64,000 bases of DNA, taken from an uncultured Gammaproteobacteria bacterium. GTDB taxonomy: Bacteria > Patescibacteriota > Microgenomatia > Levybacterales > GWA1-39-11. The stretch spans positions 438,572 to 502,571 of the forward strand of contig CAYVFE010000001.1 in assembly GCA_964450885.1 (NCBI GenBank), in the 5' to 3' direction. Of this stretch, positions 1 to 10,117 are shown piece by piece (the first letter of the stretch is position 1; each line of letters opens with the position of its first letter). The notes below the pieces were generated by a model. It worked only from the letters and a program-made list of their open reading frames with translations. It did not search any database and was not told where the DNA came from. The translations under genes were made by a program, and so were the position numbers.

Positions 1-727
1 AAAAGGAAAGTATTTACTTCTTATCAATAATGATGTTTGGGTAGGGAGGAACTTTGTTGATCAACTGATGACAATTTATAAAAAAGAAAAATTGTTTGTC
101 GTTTCACCAAAAGAAAAAAAGTATGACAAGTCTAATGTTGAAGGAGCAAATTATACTATTGATGTTACAGGTAGCCCGGCATCAGTTATTCCATTTAGGA
201 AGGACAAGCTCTTCTTTATGAGCGTATGTTATTTAATATCAAAAAAAGATTATCAAGATTCTAATGGATTTGATGAGAATCACTTTGCATACTATGAGGA
301 TGTGGATTGGTTTTGGAGATTACAGCTACTAAATAAAAAATTTGGCTATGCAGACGATGTATTCATATATCATGCCGGCGCAGGGAGTCTGGGGAAAGGT
401 ATAAAGTATAAAATGTTCTTATATAGAAATCAGAATACACTTCAGACGCTTATTAAGAACTATTCAGTTATGACGTTACTTTGGGTATTGCCTTTGTATG
501 TCTTGCAAAATTTGTTTGAGATACTTTTTTTCCTTCTTATTTTGAAATTTGATATAGCATTTTCTTATATCCAAGGCTGGTGGTTCAATATAATTAACAT
601 TAAAAAAATTCTTAGAAAAAGGGCATGGATACAAAAAAGAAGAAAAATAAGTGACGTAGAGATAATGAAAAAAATGTACTGGGGGCCTGCAAAGCTAAGA
701 ATGTTGATTAACTATAAAAGAGTATGA
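1..727 (+). CDS. glycosyltransferase family 2, 5'-partial (frame stays open to window start)
   Basis: The C-terminal GT2-type region ...NGFDENHFAYYEDVDWFWRL is present but the N-terminal DxD half is missing. There is no in-frame stop between position 2 and the first ATG at 68. Confidence 0.5.
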   Translation, partial: KGKYLLLINNDVWVGRNFVDQLMTIYKKEKLFVVSPKEKKYDKSNVEGANYTIDVTGSPASVIPFRKDKLFFMSVCYLISKKDYQDSNGFDENHFAYYEDVDWFWRLQLLNKKFGYADDVFIYHAGAGSLGKGIKYKMFLYRNQNTLQTLIKNYSVMTLLWVLPLYVLQNLFEILFFLLILKFDIAFSYIQGWWFNIINIKKILRKRAWIQKRRKISDVEIMKKMYWGPAKLRMLINYKRV

Positions 728-1713
728 GAAACAGTTTTAAGTTATCTATAGTTACTCCTACATTAAATAATGGTAAGGATATCGAATTTTTTTTGAAGTC
801 GATCCGAAGGCAAGATTTTCCGAAGAGTAGGCTTGAGATAATAATTTCAGATGGCGGATCAAATGATAATACAATCAAAATAGCTAAAAAATACAATGCA
901 AGAGTTATTAACAATCCACATGTTCTCGCAGATCCGGGGGTAAATATCGGAATCGAATCGGCAAAAGGAGAAATTCTGATGGTTCTGGCCTGCGATAATA
1001 TATATAAAGATAAGAAAGCACTACAGAAGATGGTTGACGTTTTTCAGGATAAAACAATAGTAGCTGCTTTCCCTGTGCATTCAAGTGAAAAGAGGGATTC
1101 TATTTTTACAAAATACATAAATACCTTCACGGACCCTTTTAATCATTTTGTTTATGGATATGCTGCAAACGGTAGGACATTTAGAAACATCTACAAAATA
1201 ATATCGTCTAATAAAGCCTATGACATATACGATTATTCATCTAGTCCAGACAAGCCTCTTATAGCTGTGGCGCAAGGATTTACGGTCAGAAGTGGTTTTG
1301 CAAGGAGCAGAAAAAGTAGATTTGACGACGTATTACCAGTGATAGAGCTGATCAAGAAAAATAACAAAATTGCTTTTGTGCACTCGGTTAAGCTCTATCA
1401 CCATACAGTAAGAGATTTAAGACACTTTGCAAAGAAGCAATCATGGGCGACTATTAATGCCCTGCAAAAGAAGAGTTATGGAATAGCTCACAGGGTTAAC
1501 TATCTCTCTGAGAAGCAGAAGTTAAGAAATAAAATATGGCCTTTCTATGCTCTTAGTTTTGTCTTCCCACTCATCAACAGTTTGTATCATATCGTAAGAG
1601 ACAGAGATCCTATGTGGATTTTCCACCCTTTTTTGTGTATGATTTCAGCCGTGGCAAGTATTTATGCTGCGTTCATCTACCTGTTAAATAAAAATTATGA
1701 ATTCAAAAGATAA
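724..1713 (+). CDS. glycosyltransferase family 2
   Basis: The N-terminus [26 protein letters not shown]...[13 protein letters not shown] is a typical GT2 (GT-A fold) start. It overlaps the upstream gene by 4 nt. Confidence 0.7.
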   Translation: MRNSFKLSIVTPTLNNGKDIEFFLKSIRRQDFPKSRLEIIISDGGSNDNTIKIAKKYNARVINNPHVLADPGVNIGIESAKGEILMVLACDNIYKDKKALQKMVDVFQDKTIVAAFPVHSSEKRDSIFTKYINTFTDPFNHFVYGYAANGRTFRNIYKIISSNKAYDIYDYSSSPDKPLIAVAQGFTVRSGFARSRKSRFDDVLPVIELIKKNNKIAFVHSVKLYHHTVRDLRHFAKKQSWATINALQKKSYGIAHRVNYLSEKQKLRNKIWPFYALSFVFPLINSLYHIVRDRDPMWIFHPFLCMISAVASIYAAFIYLLNKNYEFKR

Positions 1714-2647
1714 ATTTTTTAAACACCCCACAGCAATAGTTAGTACAAAAAAAATAGGTGATGGTACTAGGATATGGGCATTTTGCAATATACTTGAAAA
1801 GGCTTCAATCGGAAGGAGTTGTAATATTTGTGACCATGTATTCATCGAAAATGATGTAGTCGTAGGGGACAATGTAACTATTAAGTGTGGAGTTCAGCTC
1901 TGGGATGGACTCAGAGTAGAGGATGATGTATTTATAGGACCTAACGCGACATTTGCCAACGATAAGTATCCGAGGAGCAAAAAGTATCCAGAGAAATTTT
2001 TACAGACGATTTTAAAAAAGGGCGCATCCGTTGGTGCCAATTCTACTATACTTCCCGGCGTGGTCATTGGTGAAAACGCTATGGTCGGAGCAGGAGCGGT
2101 TGTGACTAAAAATGTTCCGCCAAACTCAGTTGTTGTAGGGAATCCCGCCCGCATTAAAGGTTATACCAATTCTACTAAAATAAAAAGCTTGAAGGGATTT
2201 TTTGAGCACGATAATAAGCAGGAAATCGCTCAGACAGGGATCGGCAAGGTAACCGTCCGTTTTCTTCCCAAAGTAAGTGATGTAAGGGGAGATCTTTCAT
2301 TTATGGAACATCAGAAAGAGATTCCTTTTGAGGTAAAAAGGTTTTTTATGGTTCATAATGTTCCAAGTAGGGAAGTTAGAGGTGAGCACGCCCACAAAAA
2401 ACTTCATCAATTCCTGTTTTGTCTCAATGGATCGCTAAGTGTTGTGGTGGACGATGGATCTAAGAGAATGGAAATTCCACTTTTACCTATGGAGGTTGGG
2501 ATTCATATACCTCCGAAGGTATGGAGTATTCAGTATAAATATTCGAAAGACGCAGTTCTGGGTGTTTTTGCATCTGATTTTTATGATGAAAAGGACTATA
2601 TAAGGGACTATGGAGAATTTAAGAAATATATCAAGGGAAAAAAATGA
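1697..2647 (+). CDS. bifunctional hexapeptide-repeat N-acetyltransferase (FdtC-like) fused to a WxcM/FdtA-like cupin domain (dTDP-4-keto-6-deoxyhexose 3,4-isomerase-like)
   Basis: The N-terminal half has left-handed beta-helix hexapeptide repeats ([16 protein letters not shown]...[32 protein letters not shown]). The C-terminal half ([36 protein letters not shown]...) looks like a WxcM/FdtA cupin. Confidence 0.6.
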   Translation: MNSKDKFFKHPTAIVSTKKIGDGTRIWAFCNILEKASIGRSCNICDHVFIENDVVVGDNVTIKCGVQLWDGLRVEDDVFIGPNATFANDKYPRSKKYPEKFLQTILKKGASVGANSTILPGVVIGENAMVGAGAVVTKNVPPNSVVVGNPARIKGYTNSTKIKSLKGFFEHDNKQEIAQTGIGKVTVRFLPKVSDVRGDLSFMEHQKEIPFEVKRFFMVHNVPSREVRGEHAHKKLHQFLFCLNGSLSVVVDDGSKRMEIPLLPMEVGIHIPPKVWSIQYKYSKDAVLGVFASDFYDEKDYIRDYGEFKKYIKGKK

Positions 2648-3750
2648 GGGTACCATTTATAGATTTAGGATATAGTTACAGTCTTATTGATGACGAATTG
2701 CTTAATGCCTTTAAAAAAGTGCTAAAAAGTGGACAAGTTGTTCTGGGAAAAGAGGTAGATGGCTTTGAAAAAAAATACGCGAAGTTCTCAGACACTAAAT
2801 ATTGCTTGGGTGTTTCGTCCGGGCTTGATGCTCTTACTCTTTCTCTCGAATCACTTGATATTGAAAAAGACTCTGAGGTCATTATGGCTTCTAATTCTTA
2901 CATAGCAACGCTAAATGCAGCTGTTAGGTTAGGATTAAAACCAGTCTTAGTTGAGCCAAAAGAAGATACGTATAACATTAATCCAGATAATATTGGGCCG
3001 GTCATAAATTCAAGAACAAGAGCTATATTGCCTACGCATTTTTTTGGACAAGCCTGCGATATGGACCCGATCCTGCAGATTGCCAAGAAGAACGATCTTT
3101 ATGTAGTAGAGGATAATGCCCAGTCACAAGGATCAACGTATAAAGGGAAAAAGACTGGGAGTTTTGGCATATCAAATGCGACGAGCTTTTATCCTACCAA
3201 AAATATCGGCGCCATAGGGGAAGCAGGAGCTGTAACGACTAACGATCCAAAGATTTATAAAAAAATATCAATGCTAAGAAATTATGGAGAGGAGAGCCGT
3301 TATAGAAATAGTGTTATTGGATATAATTGCCGACTGGATGAGGTCCAGGCATCATTTTTAAATGTTAAGCTTAGAAAGATTGACCAGATGACAAAAAGAC
3401 GGATCAGAATAGCAAATATCTACATGAAAGAGCTAAATGGTGTGGGGGACATTATACTTCCGAAAATCGAGAAGGACGTTAAGAGCGTTTTTCATATTTT
3501 TCCTATCAGAACCAAATACAGAAATAAGCTTCGGGAATATTTAACTGGTAAAGAGATAGGCACATCCGTACACTATCCAATACCTCCCCACTTACAAAAA
3601 GCGTATAGTTATCTAGGGCATGAAAAGGGCGATTTTCCGATTGCAGAAAGACTCGCGGAAAGCTCTCTGTCTATTCCTATATATCCGGAAATGAAAGACA
3701 CGCAAATAGAATTTGTAGTTAAGCAAATAAAAAATTACTTCAAAGAATGA
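2644..3750 (+). CDS. DegT/DnrJ/EryC1/StrS-family PLP-dependent sugar aminotransferase (FdtB-like)
   Basis: The sequence shows an AAT fold-type-I pattern, including [21 protein letters not shown] with the lysine-bearing segment. It overlaps the FdtC/FdtA-like gene by 4 nt. Confidence 0.75.
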   Translation: MRVPFIDLGYSYSLIDDELLNAFKKVLKSGQVVLGKEVDGFEKKYAKFSDTKYCLGVSSGLDALTLSLESLDIEKDSEVIMASNSYIATLNAAVRLGLKPVLVEPKEDTYNINPDNIGPVINSRTRAILPTHFFGQACDMDPILQIAKKNDLYVVEDNAQSQGSTYKGKKTGSFGISNATSFYPTKNIGAIGEAGAVTTNDPKIYKKISMLRNYGEESRYRNSVIGYNCRLDEVQASFLNVKLRKIDQMTKRRIRIANIYMKELNGVGDIILPKIEKDVKSVFHIFPIRTKYRNKLREYLTGKEIGTSVHYPIPPHLQKAYSYLGHEKGDFPIAERLAESSLSIPIYPEMKDTQIEFVVKQIKNYFKE

Positions 3751-4700
3751 TAACTCCTCAGCTCGTATCCATAGTCATACCTACCTATAATAGGAAAAAA
3801 TCAGTCGAAAGACTAATAAAAAGCATTTTAAAAAGCACATATAAAAAAATCGAGATAATAGTAGTCGATGATTGTTCGCCAGACTCAACGTCGGAATATC
3901 TTAAAGTGAGATTTGGCAACAATTCAAAAGTCAGAACTTTTAGGAATAAAATAAATCTTTATACGGCTGGAACAAGAAATGTCGGACAGAAAAAAAGTTC
4001 GGGAGAGTTTATCTTTTTTATAGATGATGATAATGTGCTCGAATCTACTGCGATAGAGTATCTAGTAGGGGAATTTTCAAAAGATAATATGCTTGGTGCT
4101 GCAGGTCCCGTGAACTATAATTTTAATGACAAGAAAAAAATATTGTGGTTTCTGACTAGGCGAAATATGAGCACTACCAAAACTTTTCAGCCTAGAAATT
4201 TAGATGAAGTCAAAGGAAAAAGTAGTTGGGAGACAGCAGACATACCAAATGCCTTCATGGTCAGAAGTAAGATAGTTAAAGACAATAGAATAACCTTCAA
4301 GAAAGAGTTCGGGATAATGTACGAAGAGAGTGATTATGCTTATAGAATAAGAAAAGCAGGATTTTTAGTAAAAACAGTTAGGAATGCGAAGATCTATCAT
4401 GATATCGAAGTTACGGATGGTGGCAAAAAGGCAATGGATTATATGTATCACTTTATGAATGATAGTAGACGGCCATTTGTATTTGCGAGAAATAGAATAT
4501 TATTCCACAAATTATATTCAAATAGGCTCCAGCTGTTAGGAATACTTATTTTCTGGATATGGTTCTTTGCGGCCTACTATCTATATAGAATTATCTTTTA
4601 TAATGGTTATGGAGAGTTTTCCCTATTGAGACGGATCCGGTTATCAGCAAGTTATCTCATGGGGACTTTTAATGGACTCACGAAGGTAATTAATTTCTGA
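3747..4700 (+). CDS. glycosyltransferase family 2
   Basis: It has the GT2 pattern VSIVIPTYNRKKSVERLIKS...IEIIVVDDCSPDST and a DDD motif. Confidence 0.7.
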   Translation: MITPQLVSIVIPTYNRKKSVERLIKSILKSTYKKIEIIVVDDCSPDSTSEYLKVRFGNNSKVRTFRNKINLYTAGTRNVGQKKSSGEFIFFIDDDNVLESTAIEYLVGEFSKDNMLGAAGPVNYNFNDKKKILWFLTRRNMSTTKTFQPRNLDEVKGKSSWETADIPNAFMVRSKIVKDNRITFKKEFGIMYEESDYAYRIRKAGFLVKTVRNAKIYHDIEVTDGGKKAMDYMYHFMNDSRRPFVFARNRILFHKLYSNRLQLLGILIFWIWFFAAYYLYRIIFYNGYGEFSLLRRIRLSASYLMGTFNGLTKVINF

Positions 4701-4789
4701 TAGTAAAATAACATGGATAAATTGTGATTTGAACAGTGAAATCTAGTTTTCTATTATCATAGTATTTATGCTAGAATTAAAAATCAAAT

Positions 4790-6040
4790 ATGGCAAGTAA
4801 TTTAAAGAAAATTACAGAGTGTAGGATCTGTAAATCAAAAGATTTAATAGATGTAATTGATCTCACAGACCAGCCCATTCCGAATGGATTTCTTACCAAG
4901 GAACAATTAAAGCAGAAAGAAGAAAAGTATCCGCTCGTTGTATGTTTTTGCAATAATTGTTCTCTTATGCAACTTCGCTATCTTGTAAATGCGAAAGTCA
5001 TGTTTGATAACTATTTATATATTCCATCAGCTTCAAAGACCCGAGTAGAGCATTTCAAAGGACTTGCACAAGAGGTAAAAGAGATTACGGATTTTAATGA
5101 AAAATCATTAGTAATAGATATAGGAAGTAATGATGGAAGTCTTTTGATCACTTTTAAGAATCTAGGTGCCAGAACCCTTGGAATAGATCCGGCAGAAAAT
5201 CTGGTAAAAGTTGCGGCACTTTCTGGGATAGAAACAGTAAATGACTATTTTGATTCAAAGGTGGCTGCTAAAGTTGTAAAAAAATATGGGAAAGCGAAAG
5301 CGATGCTTGCAACAAATGTAATCGCACATATACATAATATTCATGAGGTTATAAGAGGAGGAGAGATCTTGCTTGAGAATGACGGTATATTTCTGATGCA
5401 ATTTCCATACTCTCTGGATTTAATAGAAAAAAATCTATTTGATACGATTTATCACGAGCACCTTTCCTACTTTTCGGTTAGATCCCTGTTGGTGCTGGCT
5501 CAGGATTCTGACTTGGAGATATTTAATATAGAGAAAAGCGATTTAGACGGTGGCTCTTTGAAGGTATATTGGAAGAAAAGATCCAATAAAAAGATAAAGA
5601 CAAATCAAGATAAATTGAACAAGATCCTGAAGGAAGAGGAGGATTTTGGACTTTATGATATCAAGACATATATGGAATTCACGAAAAGGGTCGAGAAGTT
5701 AAAAGATCAGGTAGTCAAAAAATTGAAAGAGTTAAAAAAGAAGAATAAATCGATCGTCGGTTACGGCGCTGCAGCGAAGGCAAATGTACTTCTTAATTAT
5801 TTCGGGATAGATAAGAAAACTATAGATTATCTTGTTGACTCAACTCCATATAAGCAGGGTAGGTTTACTCCGGGGTCGCATATTCCGATATATTCGGAGG
5901 ACGAAATATATAAGACAAATCCCGATTATGTGATCATATTTGCATGGAATTTCGCAAAAGAGATCATGGATAAAAATAGGAAATTCAAGAAAAGCGGTGG
6001 AAAATTTATATTTGTAGAACCAGAGCTAAAAATCATATAG
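4790..6040 (+). CDS. class I SAM-dependent methyltransferase of the sugar C-methyltransferase type (N-terminal Cys4 zinc ribbon, C-terminal C-MT domain)
   Basis: It has an N-terminal CRIC...CNNC zinc-ribbon-like segment and a Rossmann motif VIDIGSNDGS. The overall layout resembles TylC3-type NDP-hexose C-methyltransferases. Confidence 0.5.
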   Translation: MASNLKKITECRICKSKDLIDVIDLTDQPIPNGFLTKEQLKQKEEKYPLVVCFCNNCSLMQLRYLVNAKVMFDNYLYIPSASKTRVEHFKGLAQEVKEITDFNEKSLVIDIGSNDGSLLITFKNLGARTLGIDPAENLVKVAALSGIETVNDYFDSKVAAKVVKKYGKAKAMLATNVIAHIHNIHEVIRGGEILLENDGIFLMQFPYSLDLIEKNLFDTIYHEHLSYFSVRSLLVLAQDSDLEIFNIEKSDLDGGSLKVYWKKRSNKKIKTNQDKLNKILKEEEDFGLYDIKTYMEFTKRVEKLKDQVVKKLKELKKKNKSIVGYGAAAKANVLLNYFGIDKKTIDYLVDSTPYKQGRFTPGSHIPIYSEDEIYKTNPDYVIIFAWNFAKEIMDKNRKFKKSGGKFIFVEPELKII

Positions 6041-6055
6041 ATTATTTCCCCATAG

Positions 6056-8356
6056 ATGAAATTTAAAGTAATCTACCTTCTAACTATCATATTTCTATTG
6101 CTTCTTCCTTACTATATATTCGAAGGAAAATTATACTTAGGCGGAGATGACACACGACTGTTTTATTCTTACCCACTAGAATTTTTAAAGAATGCCACAT
6201 TTTTTTCATGGTACAAAGTATCTAGTTTGGGGATTAATGGTCCAAGTCAGTATCTAGCGCCTTTCTTAGTTGTTGTTTCCGCTTTGGATCTAGTGCTAGC
6301 AAACAAACTAGTATTAAATTGTCTGGCTTTATCGACTCCATTAATTTTGGGATTCATTTTTTTCCAGGAGTCTATAAAAGAGCTGTTTCAGTTAGACAAC
6401 GAGAAATCGTTCGAATTATTCGCGGGTAGTTTGTTTTATATACTTTCGCCAATATTATTAATTAATCAGTATTTCGTATTCTTGATTTCCATTTGGCTTC
6501 TTGGACTAATTCCGATTGTCGTTTATTATTTTTTGAAGTACCTCAGGACTTCTGATTTCAAATATGTATTCATTGCTTCATTGTGGTGTCTTTTTCTGTC
6601 ATTTGCCCTGTATACAGTGCCCTGGCTACTTGGATTTGTTATTCCTGTATCAATAGGATTAATTTGTACCTCATTTCTTTATAAGAGAAAAGAAGTATCT
6701 TTTTTTGTAAGACACATTGTGGTATTTTCTATTTTTATTTCTATATCTCAGGCATTTTGGTTAACAGGATTCATATCGACATATCTAAATCTTGGTCAGG
6801 ACAGCTTTGCTTCGAAGTTTTTGTCACAAGGGTTTGTCGATACATTTACTCCCACTATTCTTTCTACAGCTACGGGAAATATATTTTACCCATTGTTGAA
6901 TTTATTTCATAGGCAGATACCTTTTGATTTCGGATGGAAACTTAAAGACGTATTTATTGGTTATTATGACTTATCTTTCGCCCTAAATTCATTGTATGTT
7001 GTGCTTTTTACTTATGGACTAGTTAGCTTTAAGAAACACCTACCATCTAGAAGTATAAGATTGTTTATCTTATTGCTCGTCTCTTTCTTTTTTTCCATTT
7101 ACTTCTTTACTGTTAACATCGGGCCATTAAAGGATCTGTTCATTCTTTTTGGGCAAGTCCCTGGATTCACTATGTTCAGGAATTTTTACGATAAATTCGC
7201 TCCTGGTTACGTTATATTGTATGCGACTATCATCACGATGTGCCTTATTTTTGTGACATCAAAATTCGAAAAGTTCAGAAATCTAATTATTACCGTATTC
7301 ATTCTAGTCGTTCTCATTAATTTCGTGCCAGTAAAACAAATAGTGAATTCGCCCCTATGGACTACTAAAGATATCTATAAAACGGTCACAATCCCTGAAG
7401 AACATCTAGGTTTTATGAACGATATCAGTAATACGATTTCATCCACTAACAACATATTTAATTTTCCTTTTGGAAGTTCTGCATACTCAGTTATAGTTGA
7501 TCCAGATTCCAACAAGAATGTTTATGCTGGAGTTTCCCCAGTAAAAATATTTAGCGGAGTAAATGATATTTCAGGTCATTTATCTTTTAACTATACAGAG
7601 GTAGCAAATATTGTCGATGGAATGATAGTTAAGAGGGATTATGAAGGATTAAATAAGATCTTATATGAGCATAATATAAATTATGTTTTGGTCACAAAGA
7701 ACATACCGCGCGAATTGGCAGATTCTTACATCTATAACTCCGATTTATTTAGAGTTCAAGATAATGATTTTTTAGATGCAATTACTTCAGAGGAAGTTCT
7801 ATCAAGCTCTAAGGGAAATTACGAGTTATATAAGACAAGAGAAAAAAATAGCTTAATTAGCTCAAAGAATGTATTTTTTAAAAAAATCAACCAGGTAAAG
7901 TATAAGATCTATATCAAGAACATTAAGGATGAACAAGAATTGGTATTCTTAGACTCATTTCATAAAGGATGGAAGTTGTATCCAAAAGCAAACCCATCTT
8001 TGGATTTTTGTAAAGATCCGAAAGAAAATAAAACGACTAACACAAGAGAGTGCAGAGAGGAGCATACTATTTTCGAGTGGGAAGATTTGTCTTACTCATT
8101 TAGAGAGCCAGTTTTTGAAGACACGCAGGATGTCATTTATGACTATGCGAATAAGTGGGTTATTGACCCAGGATATATTGAAAGAGCCTTTGATGAAAAA
8201 TACTATAAGAGAAACGAAGATGGAAGTATAGATATTGAATTGATTTTATATTTTGCACCACAAAATTATTTTTACCTAGGATCAGCGATATCTCTTATTG
8301 TTTTTGTTGGGGGATTCACATATCTCATCATAAGAAAAAATGAAACTAAAAAATAA
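6056..8356 (+). CDS. large polytopic membrane protein, GT-C-like (about 12 TM helices plus a C-terminal extracytoplasmic domain)
   Basis: The N-terminal ~430 aa are highly hydrophobic. A GGDD motif follows the first TM helix (LYLGGDDTRLFYSYPLEF), as in the first loop of GT-C enzymes. Confidence 0.35.
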   Translation: MKFKVIYLLTIIFLLLLPYYIFEGKLYLGGDDTRLFYSYPLEFLKNATFFSWYKVSSLGINGPSQYLAPFLVVVSALDLVLANKLVLNCLALSTPLILGFIFFQESIKELFQLDNEKSFELFAGSLFYILSPILLINQYFVFLISIWLLGLIPIVVYYFLKYLRTSDFKYVFIASLWCLFLSFALYTVPWLLGFVIPVSIGLICTSFLYKRKEVSFFVRHIVVFSIFISISQAFWLTGFISTYLNLGQDSFASKFLSQGFVDTFTPTILSTATGNIFYPLLNLFHRQIPFDFGWKLKDVFIGYYDLSFALNSLYVVLFTYGLVSFKKHLPSRSIRLFILLLVSFFFSIYFFTVNIGPLKDLFILFGQVPGFTMFRNFYDKFAPGYVILYATIITMCLIFVTSKFEKFRNLIITVFILVVLINFVPVKQIVNSPLWTTKDIYKTVTIPEEHLGFMNDISNTISSTNNIFNFPFGSSAYSVIVDPDSNKNVYAGVSPVKIFSGVNDISGHLSFNYTEVANIVDGMIVKRDYEGLNKILYEHNINYVLVTKNIPRELADSYIYNSDLFRVQDNDFLDAITSEEVLSSSKGNYELYKTREKNSLISSKNVFFKKINQVKYKIYIKNIKDEQELVFLDSFHKGWKLYPKANPSLDFCKDPKENKTTNTRECREEHTIFEWEDLSYSFREPVFEDTQDVIYDYANKWVIDPGYIERAFDEKYYKRNEDGSIDIELILYFAPQNYFYLGSAISLIVFVGGFTYLIIRKNETKK

Positions 8357-9368
8357 GATAAGAAAAATTTTATCAAATAAGTTTTTGCGATGGATCATAA
8401 TTCCGATGGGGCTAATTACGATTGGAACTTTTATGGCTATACTATTTAATAATAGAATCAGCTTTAGTGTTTTGGAATACAGTCATAGAAATTCAATCAA
8501 TAACAGTGATATTTCAAAAAAATTAACCAAAGGAGAAAAAATAGTAGGGGAATTCAAGGCAAGAGAGAATCATCTGGGAATCGTATCGATTAAATTTAAG
8601 GATTTTGTTAAACCTGATTTTCGCGGTGAGGATGTGCTACAGTTTAGGATAAAAGAAAAAGGTGAACTCGACTGGTACTATCTTAATAATTACAGGTCTG
8701 GATTATTGAAAGATCAGCTGGTCTATCCATTTGGCTTTCCAGAAATTCCAAATTCTCAAGATAAAACCTATATATATGAAATCGAATCTCTATTTGGAAA
8801 CAATACAAATGCAGTAGGACTATCTGATAGAGAAATTTATACCGCTTATCAGATCCCTAAGGAATTCATAATGGGCGGTAAGATGAATTTAGTTAATTTC
8901 ATTTTTACGAAAGCTATTACTTCATTTACGAATATAAATTTCTTGCTATCTTCTACTACATATTTCCTACCTTTCATCTTTTATCTTATGTGGCAGCTAT
9001 TGTTATCGAGGTTTGATGTAGCGAAAAGGTTGTTATCTACGATAGCCTTAGCCCTAATAATTGCGAACATCTTCTTGATAAAAGAATATTATATTGGTGT
9101 TTTCCTCGTACTGTTGTTTTTGTGGATCGGATGTCTAAAGATCTACAAGCTTCATAGCTCTGTTTCCTTTATCTTGGCATTTATACTGCTTGTATTATGG
9201 TTAACACTGAATATATTTGGAATACGAGACTTTGAAAGCAAGCTGAATATATGGACATACACATTTTTGGGCATAGGTATCATCCAGCTATTGATAGAAG
9301 AAAAGACAAACAGCAAAAAAGGAGTTCGCTACAAGGAATTTATAGGTACCTTTGTTAAATTAAAATGA
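8340..9368 (+). CDS. hypothetical membrane protein
   Basis: It has one N-terminal TM helix, a soluble middle region and four or five C-terminal TM helices. I recognise no family. Confidence 0.3.
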   Translation: MKLKNKIRKILSNKFLRWIIIPMGLITIGTFMAILFNNRISFSVLEYSHRNSINNSDISKKLTKGEKIVGEFKARENHLGIVSIKFKDFVKPDFRGEDVLQFRIKEKGELDWYYLNNYRSGLLKDQLVYPFGFPEIPNSQDKTYIYEIESLFGNNTNAVGLSDREIYTAYQIPKEFIMGGKMNLVNFIFTKAITSFTNINFLLSSTTYFLPFIFYLMWQLLLSRFDVAKRLLSTIALALIIANIFLIKEYYIGVFLVLLFLWIGCLKIYKLHSSVSFILAFILLVLWLTLNIFGIRDFESKLNIWTYTFLGIGIIQLLIEEKTNSKKGVRYKEFIGTFVKLK

Positions 9369-10117
9369 AAAAATTCGATTATGAAAATCAACAATATCTA
9401 GAGAAGCTTAATGATCTAAATCTTCGATATTATTCGAAATATATAGAGTTTTTTAAAAAGTCGTTAAAAAGCAAGAAATCTTTATTTTTAGATGTCGGTT
9501 GTGGAAATGGTGAAGTTCTTTTGGAGTTAGAAAAGAAAGGGTTTGTAAATGGTTATGGTCTGGACGTCTCAAAGTTATTTGTTAAGGCGGCAAAATCAAA
9601 AGGCTTAGAAAATATTTATAGTTATAGCGGGAAAAAATTTCCCTTTAAGAATAGTTATTTTGACCTAGTGGGATCATTTAATGTTTTGGAGCACACGCAA
9701 GATCCAGAAGGTTTCTTGAAGGAACAGCTTTCTAAATTGAAAGAGGATGGCGTTCTGATAGTCGCGTGTCCTAATTTTCTATCATTCTTTTTCCCGAATC
9801 CACATCGCAGACTGAAAGGTTTTAATAATAAATTTAGGAACTTTAGGGTAGTCATAAAAAAGTTGATTAGTAAAAAAATAGATTTTGAAAAGATGGCCCC
9901 TGTGGTTAGAAAAAAATTCGAATATGACGATGATGCAATCGTCGTTACGAACCTAATTGATCTAAAGAACTTTTTTAGAGCGAATAATTGTGAAATAGTA
10001 TATGAGAGTGGCTTTATAAATTATGATAGTCAACTTTTTAGGATCGTGAATAATATCCCTTTTATTAGATATGGTCTACCTTCGTGTTTCGTTGTAGTTA
10101 AAAAAAATGAAAAATAA
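9365..10117 (+). CDS. class I SAM-dependent methyltransferase
   Basis: It has the SAM-binding motif I, LDVGCGNGEVLLELEKKGF. Confidence 0.6.
   Translation: MKKFDYENQQYLEKLNDLNLRYYSKYIEFFKKSLKSKKSLFLDVGCGNGEVLLELEKKGFVNGYGLDVSKLFVKAAKSKGLENIYSYSGKKFPFKNSYFDLVGSFNVLEHTQDPEGFLKEQLSKLKEDGVLIVACPNFLSFFFPNPHRRLKGFNNKFRNFRVVIKKLISKKIDFEKMAPVVRKKFEYDDDAIVVTNLIDLKNFFRANNCEIVYESGFINYDSQLFRIVNNIPFIRYGLPSCFVVVKKNEK

Noticed and set aside
1894-2154. Antisense ORFs of 60-145 aa inside well-supported genes; examples are 1894..2154, 15734..16033, 19015..19431, 35311..35748, 44587..44889, 45136..45429 and 56245..56589.
   Set aside because: Each lies fully within a conserved-family CDS on the opposite strand. 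Their products are low-complexity and have no recognisable motifs. They are almost certainly non-coding shadows.
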